From the NCBI GenBank assembly GCA_046765915.1, contig JBKPTH010000123.1:1713-65712 (forward strand): DNA of 64,000 nt, read 5' to 3'. Shown one piece after another: positions 9,674-16,937 of the stretch; position 1 is the first letter of the stretch; each line of letters starts with the position of its first letter. The translations under genes were made by a program, and so were the position numbers. The stretch comes from Acidobacteriota bacterium. GTDB lineage: Bacteria > Acidobacteriota > Thermoanaerobaculia > Multivoradales > UBA5704. Below the pieces are notes generated by a model. That model was not told the DNA's origin. It saw nothing but the letters and a program-made list of their open reading frames with translations, and did no database searches.

Positions 9674-10024
9674 CTACTTGATAATGTGGATATGGCTGAC
9701 TTCTTTTGTTTTAACCAATTCAATTAGCTCCTCCAAATCTCGGCGATCGGTTCCCACGGGCACTCGCAGGCTCCACTCTTTACCGTGCAGTTCCATAAAG
9801 GCAGCCTGCCGTTGACCGGCCACGGCCAGCAAGCCAGAAATCAACGCTCCTAATCCAGTGCCGGCCATGCCGACAAGAGCGATCAGGATGTTGGGATCGT
9901 TCCGAAATCGAGGTGGGCGAGGAGTCAATTTGAGAAGAAGGTCCGTAGCCTGGTAAGCTCGAAGTTGTTCGGCAAGTTCTTTGGTATCGATGAAATCTGA
10001 TGTTATGGTGAGCTGTCTATCCAT
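9674..10024 (-). CDS. Small single-pass membrane protein (116 aa), first gene of the TPR-CHAT operon
   Basis: Central hydrophobic segment ILIALVGMAGTGLGALISGLLAVAG. Lies 36 nt upstream of the CHAT gene on the same strand, with the same AT-richer composition. Confidence 0.6.
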   Translation of the reverse strand: MDRQLTITSDFIDTKELAEQLRAYQATDLLLKLTPRPPRFRNDPNILIALVGMAGTGLGALISGLLAVAGQRQAAFMELHGKEWSLRVPVGTDRRDLEELIELVKTKEVSHIHIIK

Positions 10025-10225
10025 ATCGTAACCCCTTCTCGCTTCGTCTACAGGCCACTAAGCAAACCTTCTCAGGAGGCGACGCGGGTTAGAGATGGAC
10101 CACATGGTTACTCAGCGTTCGCCGGAGTTTTCGTAAGAGTAGCAGGCCGACGGCAGCAGCGCCACAGACTAATAGCCATTCGCGCATGTGAGCATGCTGA
10201 TGAGGAGGGCTTCATTCGTCCGGGA

Positions 10226-11233
10226 TCACTCCTCCGGCAGTATGCGGACAACCTCTCTCCAGCCGTTCACCCACTCGTGAGTGAGAATATCCCCGCTGCC
10301 AAGCGCCTCTCGATCGGTGAAAAGGAAGAGGCGCGCGCCGCCTACAGGAAGCGCCCTGTACGCGTCCACGAGGTGCTCTACCCGCTCGCTACTCGTCGTC
10401 ACGGTCAGGACCCTGAAGTTCGGAATCCCGAGGTGCGCTCTGTGAACCCTCTGCCGCCAGGTCTCTTGGTAGGCGAGGAGCTTGCGGAAGAAGCTCGTCT
10501 GCGCGAGCCCGTGCCGCGCGACCGGCATCGTGCCTCGGTCGGCTTCGAGGAAGAAAAATGCGTGCCGCCGGTTCTCCGGCGCGTCCTCGAAGCGAAGGCC
10601 GAAGACCTTATCCGGCTCCACTCCCAGGTGGTAGGGCTTCCCGCCCCAGCGAACCTCGACCTGCCAGCGGAAAGGAAGGCATAGGCGGCGAGTGGATTCG
10701 GGTGCTCCCGCGAGCACCTCCTCGGGCGGAATGAATCGCACTCCTTCTCGGCTTCGACAAGCGACCTCGAAGGCCACCATGATCTCGGCGACTGCGAGGG
10801 TGTGGTGCAGGAAAACCCGCGAGACGTTGCGTTTCTTTGTGTCCCAGCGGATACCGACCCGCCTCACGGTTTTCTCGGCCTCGAGGACCTCGGCGCCGCG
10901 TTTCCCCAAGGCGTAGACGAGCGGCTCGGACCCGCGGGCGTACCAATCGAGCTGCATGGCCGGGCGGTCAATGTAGCCGTGGTGGAAGAGGAGCTGCAGG
11001 CGCCGAAGGATCACCTGAAGACTCCCTCCCAAAAGGGCTGCGAGGTGTGTGGAGCGAAGCAACCGATGTCTGTGAACGGCGCGTAGGATTTCAAGGTCGC
11101 GGGGCGTAAGCACCATGCGGCGCACTTGGGCGCGCTCGAAGCGCGGCCGGCGGGTCTGAGGGTGAGACATAGGAAGCCAGAGTAATGGCCGACAGGCACT
11201 CAGGAAAGGCGGCGCCATCAGCCGCCAAGCCAA
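10226..11233 (-). CDS. Replication-relaxation family protein (putative plasmid relaxase/replication protein)
   Basis: LTPRDLEILRAVHRHRLLRSTHLAALL...ILRRLQLLFHHGYIDR (wHTH), HTLAVAEIMVAF and FFFLEADRGTM blocks match the family pattern. Alternative start at 11170. Overlaps the stop of the upstream ATPase gene. Confidence 0.75.
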   Translation of the reverse strand: MAWRLMAPPFLSACRPLLWLPMSHPQTRRPRFERAQVRRMVLTPRDLEILRAVHRHRLLRSTHLAALLGGSLQVILRRLQLLFHHGYIDRPAMQLDWYARGSEPLVYALGKRGAEVLEAEKTVRRVGIRWDTKKRNVSRVFLHHTLAVAEIMVAFEVACRSREGVRFIPPEEVLAGAPESTRRLCLPFRWQVEVRWGGKPYHLGVEPDKVFGLRFEDAPENRRHAFFFLEADRGTMPVARHGLAQTSFFRKLLAYQETWRQRVHRAHLGIPNFRVLTVTTSSERVEHLVDAYRALPVGGARLFLFTDREALGSGDILTHEWVNGWREVVRILPEE

Positions 11234-12495
11234 CGCTCAATCTTCGTCTCCACCTCCTCCCTTGGCCGGCCATACTGTTCCCGGGAGCGGCGGATGACTG
11301 CCTCCCGCCTGCCGCTCGCTGTGCCATGGATGGGCGGCAAGGTCCGCCCCCGGAAAGGCTCCCGCATCCGGCTCTGATCCAGGAGCCGGGCGTAGAACTC
11401 GTACTTCTCCAGGGAGACGAGATTCCCCATCTTCACGTCGCCGGCGAGCTCGTCCTCCAAGATGCGCGCGTCGGCCTGCCCCACCCGGAAGGCGATGAGG
11501 TTGCCGACATTGCCGAATACGCTTTGCCGGATCTCGTCGGTGAGCTGGTCTAGGTACTGATGGGCGATCACAAGGGAGAGGCCGTATTTCCTCGCCTCGG
11601 CGAGAATCGAGGCCAGGGCGTCGGTTGCGAAGCTTTGGAACTCGTCGATGTAGAGGTAGAAGGGAGTGCGGGGAGAGTCCGGCAAGACAGCTCGCTGCAT
11701 CGCCGTCCATTGGAACTGCGAGAGAAGAAGGGCGCCGAGGAGCCGGGAGTGGTCTTCGCCCACGACGCCCTTCGCGAGGTCGGCGATCATGATCCGGCTG
11801 CGGTCCATGAGGAATGCCGCGTCGAAGCGGCATCGCGTTTGGCCCAGGATGTTCCGGATGGGGGCATTCCCGAAGAGGCGCCCGACCTTGTTCTGAAGTG
11901 GGGCAATCGCCTCAAGCCGGAAGCGGCGCTCATATCCGGTGTACTCGTCCCGCCAGAAGGCGCGGACGACCGGATCCCGGATCTTCGCGGTCACGCGCTC
12001 CCGGAAGGCATCGTCTGAAAGAAGCCGCGGCAGTGCCAGGATCGTGAGCCCTCTGTCCAAGAGGGCTGCCAAGGCGTGCCCCAGGATGTATTCGAGCCGC
12101 GGCCCCCAGCTCGATCCCCAGATACCCCGAAAGGCCGAGAGCACCCCGGAGACCACGAGGTGCGCGGCATCAGGCGGCACCTTGGGGAGGAGGTTCAGGC
12201 CCACCGGGCGCGCAAGGTCGCCGGGATTGAAGTGCAGCACCTCGCCCGTCCTCCCCTTCGGAATCGCATCCAAGACCTCCCGGGCGAGGTCTCCATGAGG
12301 ATCAAGGAGACCCACACCTCGCCCGGCGTAGAGGTCTTGGAGGATGAGGTTCCGAAGAAGCGTGCTCTTGCCGAGTCCCGTCTTGCCGACGATATAGAGG
12401 TGCTGCGCCCGGTCCTCGGGGTGAAGCAAAACAAGCTTCGGCTCATCCGAAACCCAAAACGTGCGGGTGCCGATCGCGATAGGAGTCTGGTCCAT
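11218..12495 (-). CDS. Soluble VirD4/TraD/HerA-FtsK-type P-loop ATPase (type IV coupling protein-like), 425 aa
   Basis: Walker A GKTGLGKST, Walker B-like FYLYIDEF, and KYGLSLVIAHQYLDQL. No TM segment. Paralog of 21093..23306. Confidence 0.8.
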   Translation of the reverse strand: MDQTPIAIGTRTFWVSDEPKLVLLHPEDRAQHLYIVGKTGLGKSTLLRNLILQDLYAGRGVGLLDPHGDLAREVLDAIPKGRTGEVLHFNPGDLARPVGLNLLPKVPPDAAHLVVSGVLSAFRGIWGSSWGPRLEYILGHALAALLDRGLTILALPRLLSDDAFRERVTAKIRDPVVRAFWRDEYTGYERRFRLEAIAPLQNKVGRLFGNAPIRNILGQTRCRFDAAFLMDRSRIMIADLAKGVVGEDHSRLLGALLLSQFQWTAMQRAVLPDSPRTPFYLYIDEFQSFATDALASILAEARKYGLSLVIAHQYLDQLTDEIRQSVFGNVGNLIAFRVGQADARILEDELAGDVKMGNLVSLEKYEFYARLLDQSRMREPFRGRTLPPIHGTASGRREAVIRRSREQYGRPREEVETKIERWLGG

Positions 12496-12721
12496 GGGAA
12501 AGCCGCCCGACCTCTCTTCCCCTCCCCATGGGGAGCCAGTCTCCTCCGCAGGGAGGAACCTGGGGAAGCCCTAGCCTGGCGGCTTCGGGTTACGCCCGCA
12601 AAGCGGCGTGTGGTGACCGAGCGGGCGCGGCAAGAGAGGTGGGCGCGAGGAAAGCATGACGCGTGGTTTCCGATCTCACAAGGCGGAGAGATTCGACGCC
12701 TTAGCCAGTAGTGACGCGGAG

Positions 12722-12889
12722 CGTCGGCCCTTCGAGAGCCAGTCCCCCACCGCTGTCGGGAAGGCCGAGTATCGAGGCCGGTTGCGCCCGACTGGCGTGG
12801 TTTGGTCGAAGGGCCGACGATAGGAGAGAACGAGATCCATAGCCGTTAGGAAACCACGCCAGTCGGGCGCTAGCCCGACAGCGGTGGGG
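12722..12889. repeat. Cluster of three perfect complementary pairs (14, 16 and 20 bp) with pseudoknot-like topology; candidate oriT / single-strand origin / structured RNA
   Basis: 12784-12803 gcgcccgactggcgtggttt pairs with 12851-12870. 12745-12760 ccccaccgctgtcggg pairs with 12874-12889. 12722-12735 pairs with 12806-12819. All were checked base by base. Confidence 0.7.
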
Positions 12890-13025
12890 AGCCAGTCGGT
12901 GAAGCCCCGTATGGGGTTTCGGCCGTCCGCGTGAAGCGGAGCCCGTACATACCTTGTATGTAGGGGGGTATGTATACCCCATATACGGCCATGAGGCCGG
13001 ATTTTCTCTAGGTGGCCAGAATGCC

Positions 13026-13766
13026 TTATTGCTTTTTTGTCGTAATATCCAGGTCTAATATCCCGTGCTGCGCAAGACATTCATGATATTTTTTAAGAAT
13101 CGCAGGATCAGACAAGTCAATCACGTTGCGACTCGCTTCTGCTGCGTCTGCGCCATGCAGCACCTGGTTACTTTCCTTATCTACATACTCACCATGCTCA
13201 CCAACTAATACCTTCCTGCCATCGTGAAGGCGAATCGTCCGGCAATCCGCCTCCTGTATTTTTTGGTGCAATTCTTTTTCTAGCCGACCTATTTGTTCGA
13301 GCCGTAACTTTGTTAGGGCGGCAAGGGTGACTTTCCATTCTTCTTCAAGGGATTCGTCCGGCACGGACAGCAAGGCCGGTGTATCCGCCTGAAGCTTAGG
13401 CATGATATTGTTTTTTGCTATTTTCCCCAGTATCGCCTCGACATGGACATTGTCGCGATCAAACTTATCTTCCACAGTCTGTTTCTCTACCACCAGGAAT
13501 AATCCGACAAATGCAATCATACCGGGAGTTATTGTGTGTCCCTGTGCGGGGATCTCGAAATAATTGCGAATGGCTCTTGAGAGGTCCGGATTGATAGGTG
13601 CAACATCGGCAACAATTTTATGGACAGCATTGACGAGGAATTTCGCTTGCTGATCTCTGCTTAAGTCATCAAACTGATTCAAGGTTGTTGCGGAAGCCCG
13701 AGAAGACAGCAAGACCGATATCATAGTAAGAAATGCTGTCGCTAAGTCGATGCGGGTAGTCGGCAT
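13026..13766 (-). CDS. Hypothetical secreted protein (246 aa)
   Basis: N-terminal signal-like segment LATAFLTMISVLLSSRASA. AT-richer island. No recognisable domain. Confidence 0.55.
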   Translation of the reverse strand: MPTTRIDLATAFLTMISVLLSSRASATTLNQFDDLSRDQQAKFLVNAVHKIVADVAPINPDLSRAIRNYFEIPAQGHTITPGMIAFVGLFLVVEKQTVEDKFDRDNVHVEAILGKIAKNNIMPKLQADTPALLSVPDESLEEEWKVTLAALTKLRLEQIGRLEKELHQKIQEADCRTIRLHDGRKVLVGEHGEYVDKESNQVLHGADAAEASRNVIDLSDPAILKKYHECLAQHGILDLDITTKKQ

Positions 13767-13928
13767 ATGAATCTCTCCTTAGCCATAGCCCGTTGCGTTG
13801 ATGACAAACAATCTGGCTAGACAAACGAACAATATTGTGACGCCAAATGATTCGAAAGAGATATGCGCATTCCACGATCTGAACATACTGCCTCTTCATC
13901 TACGACCCTATCAGAATCGCGCAGCCTT

Positions 13929-14312
13929 TCATAGCTTAGAAGGTAGGCTGCACCATGGATTCAGGGTCGAAGATCCGATCTGGCTTACCCAAGCGGTGCA
14001 GCTTGCCGCCTTGGGCCCTCTCTGAGCGGCACTCAGTGGATACTCCCCCAGGGCGTATTCGCCGCCGTCAGCCTCCTCGAACATGCTCCAGTAGCGCTTC
14101 TCGCCGGCAATGATGAAATCGAGAAACGACATGTTCATGACCGCGGGCTGTTGCTTGAGAGCCTCCATCACGCCGCGATCCGCGGCTAATGGCGTGGGGT
14201 TGCCCGAAGGCTCGGGGCATGTACCGAGCTTCTCGACCGCACTTGCGGGTGCATCACGCTGCTCCTCGATGAGGCGGAGAAGCTCGCGGCGCCAACGGTC
14301 GGCGAGGAACAT
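13929..14312 (-). CDS. Hypothetical protein (127 aa)
   Basis: ORF only. Composition changes within it, so the true 3' end is uncertain. Confidence 0.35.
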   Translation of the reverse strand: MFLADRWRRELLRLIEEQRDAPASAVEKLGTCPEPSGNPTPLAADRGVMEALKQQPAVMNMSFLDFIIAGEKRYWSMFEEADGGEYALGEYPLSAAQRGPKAASCTAWVSQIGSSTLNPWCSLPSKL

Positions 14313-14382
14313 GTCTCGGCTCCGGTCACTATTGCCATAGCTGTCTGAAAGCCGCGCCTCAAACTCATCTCATTCCATCTCA

Positions 14383-14413
14383 GCCCCAGGATTGCTTCTG
14401 GGGCTTTCTCTTT
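14383..14413 (+). terminator. Hairpin plus T-rich tail (terminator-like), copy A of a repeated motif
   Basis: gccccagga-ttgc-ttctggggc followed by tttctcttt. Shares CATTCCAT..CCCCAGGATT..CTGGGG..TTT with 16511-16550. Confidence 0.4.
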
Positions 14414-14460
14414 GAGGTTAGCGATAAAGATTGCTGCGGTAAGCCCTCATGTCTGTCAAC

Positions 14461-14489
14461 TTGACACATATGTAATGTTAAAGTATAAT
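14461..14489 (+). promoter_or_regulatory. Consensus sigma-70-type promoter with overlapping palindrome
   Basis: TTGACA (14461-14466), a 17-nt spacer, then TATAAT (14484-14489), about 140 nt upstream of the XRE gene. The -35 element is part of the palindrome tgtcaa-c-ttgaca (14455-14467). Confidence 0.6.
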
Positions 14490-14629
14490 ATACATGTTTA
14501 TTTGTTTCAGCTTGTGAGTTGTTCGCAGCAGGCAGGATAGGACTCTCTCTTCCATTTAGTCTGCTGCCGCTCATGGAAAGTTCCGCTTCCTACGACGCCC
14601 TTTTCCCGCCGCCTATTCTTTGTGTTGCC

Positions 14630-14962
14630 ATGACACACTTTCACGGCCGGCCATCCAATTACTACCTCCGCAGTTATCGCCGCCACGCGCACCTGACTCA
14701 GGCGGGACTTGCCTATCTCCTCGGCGCCTCTACGGGCGTCAAGGTATCGCGCTACGAATCCGGGAACCGCACGCCTTCCCTTGAGACCGGACTTGCCTAC
14801 GAGGCCGCCCTTGGCGTTCCCGTCTGCGCCCTCTTCCGCGGCAGGTGCGAGGAGATCGCGGAGGAGGTCGCAAGGCGGCGGCGCAAGCTCGAAGAGAAAC
14901 GGCAGAGAGTCGGCTCTGCGTCTTCCCATAGAGCTTCAGATGCCGATTCTCCCGCCGCATGA
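14630..14962 (+). CDS. XRE/Cro-CI family helix-turn-helix regulator
   Basis: LRSYRRHAHLTQAGLAYLLGASTGVKVSRYESGNRTPSLETGLAYEAALGV is a typical HTH_XRE pattern. ATG at 14630 inside ORF 14519..14962. Confidence 0.7.
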   Translation: MTHFHGRPSNYYLRSYRRHAHLTQAGLAYLLGASTGVKVSRYESGNRTPSLETGLAYEAALGVPVCALFRGRCEEIAEEVARRRRKLEEKRQRVGSASSHRASDADSPAA

Positions 14963-15449
14963 CACCATCCTCGCAATAGATCCGACCTCAAGGGGTTTCG
15001 CCTTTGCCGTTCTCGAAGCTCCTGCATTTCTCGTGGATTGGGGCGAGAGGATCATACCCGCAAAAACCGGCGATCTGCTTAGCAAGGTTGACGAGCTGCT
15101 CTCGCGCTACGAGCCCGCCCTGCTCGTAATCGAGGATGTTGCCGTCCCTCACACCCGGCGCCGGAAGCGAGCGCGCAAGGAGATCGGCTCGATCGAACTC
15201 CTGGCCCTGAAGCGAGGGCTCTCTGCGGAACGGATCTCCCGCCTTGCGGTCATAGATACCTTCGCGCCAGCGAAAAGGAAGTTTGAAGTGGCGCTCCGGC
15301 TCGCAGAGATTTTCCCGGCTCTCGGGCAACGACTCCCCAGGAAGCGGAAGGCTTGGACGACAGAAGACGCCCGTATGAACATCTTCGACGCACTCGGCTT
15401 TGCGGCGGCGGTAATGAAGAGGAGTGGCATCGCAGAAAGACCGAAGTAG
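14940..15449 (+). CDS. RuvC-like (RNase H fold) nuclease, paralog 2
   Basis: ILAIDPTSRGFAFAVLE, LLVIED and NIFDALGFAAAV align along the whole length with 3017..3517. ATG 14940 overlaps the XRE gene end by 23 nt. Confidence 0.6.
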   Translation: MPILPPHDTILAIDPTSRGFAFAVLEAPAFLVDWGERIIPAKTGDLLSKVDELLSRYEPALLVIEDVAVPHTRRRKRARKEIGSIELLALKRGLSAERISRLAVIDTFAPAKRKFEVALRLAEIFPALGQRLPRKRKAWTTEDARMNIFDALGFAAAVMKRSGIAERPK

Positions 15450-15588
15450 GCACCCTTCCCATGTCGCCATAGAGCCTCGCCGCCACGCTGCCCTTCGAAG
15501 GCGGCACTTTGTGCCGCCTTTTCTCGCTTCGCATCCGCCCCTACTCTGAATCCGGTTTCTTCAAAACCATTTCAGAAAGGAGCCTCTG

Positions 15589-15837
15589 ATGTACGCGAAT
15601 CGATCTGTCTTACTACAGCCTAGAATCTCGAAGCTTGACGCCCTCGCCGAGGAGTGGGGCTTCACCGCAACCGAGCTCATCGAGGAGTACGCCCTGGATG
15701 ACATGGTGCCCGGGATCTGCCTGAATCCCGGCTGCGATTACACGACCACTGTCGAGCCCGATCAGCGGCAAGGCTGGTGCGAGATCTGCGGCACGACCTC
15801 GGTCCGCAGCGGCATTGTCTTGGCCGGCCTTATCTAG
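15589..15837 (+). CDS. Small zinc-ribbon protein typical of conjugative/integrative elements
   Basis: GICLNPGCDYTTTVEPDQRQGWCEICGTTSVRSGIVLAGLI (CxxC...CxxC). I recall the same ...PGIC.N.GCDYT..VEPDQ..G.CE.CGT..V.S.LILAGII pattern from ICE/plasmid accessory genes. Confidence 0.55.
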   Translation: MYANRSVLLQPRISKLDALAEEWGFTATELIEEYALDDMVPGICLNPGCDYTTTVEPDQRQGWCEICGTTSVRSGIVLAGLI

Positions 15838-15891
15838 CCTCGCCCCTCTCACATCTCATCTCCCATTCCAGACGAAAGGAGGAAGCTCCCA

Positions 15892-16386
15892 ATGAAGGAG
15901 CGTAAGCCGAAGTTTACCCGTTGCATGAGAAAAGCGGCGCGGCGGCGCGACATGGCGCCCACCTCCACACACCTCACGGCAATCCGGCGAAGCGTCACCA
16001 CAACCGCCGCGAGATTCGGGCGGCGACTCTCGCCGGAGTGCATCGAAGACCTGGTGCAGGAAGTGTTTCTGGGATTGTGGAAGTCGAGGGCGGAAGCCAA
16101 GCTCAACTGCCTGCCCTACGTGCGTCGAGTCGCCGCCAATGTCACCGTCGATTTGCTGCGGCAGCAGGGCGCACAGAAACGAAGGTGGCGCCACCGCATG
16201 AGTCCCGATCTGGAGAAAATGCTCTGGCCGCCTTCCCGCACACCCGAGGAGGTCTTGATCGAGCGCGAGGAGGCGCAACAACTCCTTGCGACCGATCGAG
16301 CGCTCAAAAGGCGGGTCAAGTGGGCGATGAAGCAGTACGCGACAGCGCAAGCGGCCATGGGACATGCGTATGGACCGCACCTGTAG
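15892..16386 (+). CDS. Sigma-70 region-2-like (ECF-like) protein
   Basis: EDLVQEVFLGLWKSR...YVRRVAANVTVDLLRQQ resembles sigma70_r2. No clear region 4. Confidence 0.5.
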   Translation: MKERKPKFTRCMRKAARRRDMAPTSTHLTAIRRSVTTTAARFGRRLSPECIEDLVQEVFLGLWKSRAEAKLNCLPYVRRVAANVTVDLLRQQGAQKRRWRHRMSPDLEKMLWPPSRTPEEVLIEREEAQQLLATDRALKRRVKWAMKQYATAQAAMGHAYGPHL

Positions 16387-16521
16387 GTGCATCACCCTAC
16401 TGCTCGACGAGGCAGAAGAAGTATTAGCGGAATCGATAATCAAGGCAGAGTACGCTCTGGCCTCGGTCGGCGCAGCCCCCTTCGATTGAGTCACCCTCGC
16501 GCCTCCGGCCCCATTCCATAC

Positions 16522-16550
16522 CCCCAGGATTCACCTCCTGGGGTCTTTTT
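16522..16550 (+). terminator. Rho-independent terminator-like hairpin, copy B of the repeated motif
   Basis: ccccagga-ttcacc-tcctgggg followed by tcttttt, downstream of the sigma-like gene. Confidence 0.55.
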
Positions 16551-16937
16551 CTAGAGTGTCGCGGAATCTGTGCGCCTGGATGGGAGCCAACAGCGGTGAA
16601 AATGGATCTTCTGCCAAAGTTCTCGGCATCCTCCTCGTCATGCAGATCGCGCTCTATCGACTCGCCAGGGCGGAGTCGCCGGAGGAGAGCTTGGCAGGCG
16701 ATCCTGGGGGGGACAGTCTCGCAGCCCTTCAGTAGGGAAACGGTGAAGATGTAGGGAAGAGAGAAATAGACGACTCGCCATGTCTCTATTTGCCTCAGAG
16801 ACTCCAGTACTGCTAAGCTCTAACACCATCGAGTACGGTGCCTTAGCGCAAGGATCTCTTATCGTGGCACCCAGGATCAGAGGCACCCTCATGACAAGGA
16901 ATCGCTTCAATCCCCACAAAGCCAAAAGGAGAAAAGA

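Noticed and set aside
10089-10187. 32-codon hydrophobic ORF (MREWLLVCGAAAVGLLLLRKLRRTLSNHVVHL) between the replication-relaxation gene and the CHAT operon, and a similar 30-codon ORF at 35348..35440
   Set aside because: They are attractive as small membrane peptides or type I toxin-like genes. However, there is no convincing Shine-Dalgarno sequence for the first and no conservation data, so they cannot be supported from sequence alone.
12676-13080. ORFs 12676..13080 and 12701..12982 (minus strand) across the inverted-repeat region
   Set aside because: They are built from the arms of perfect inverted repeats and have no motif or RBS. A non-coding structured element is the better explanation.
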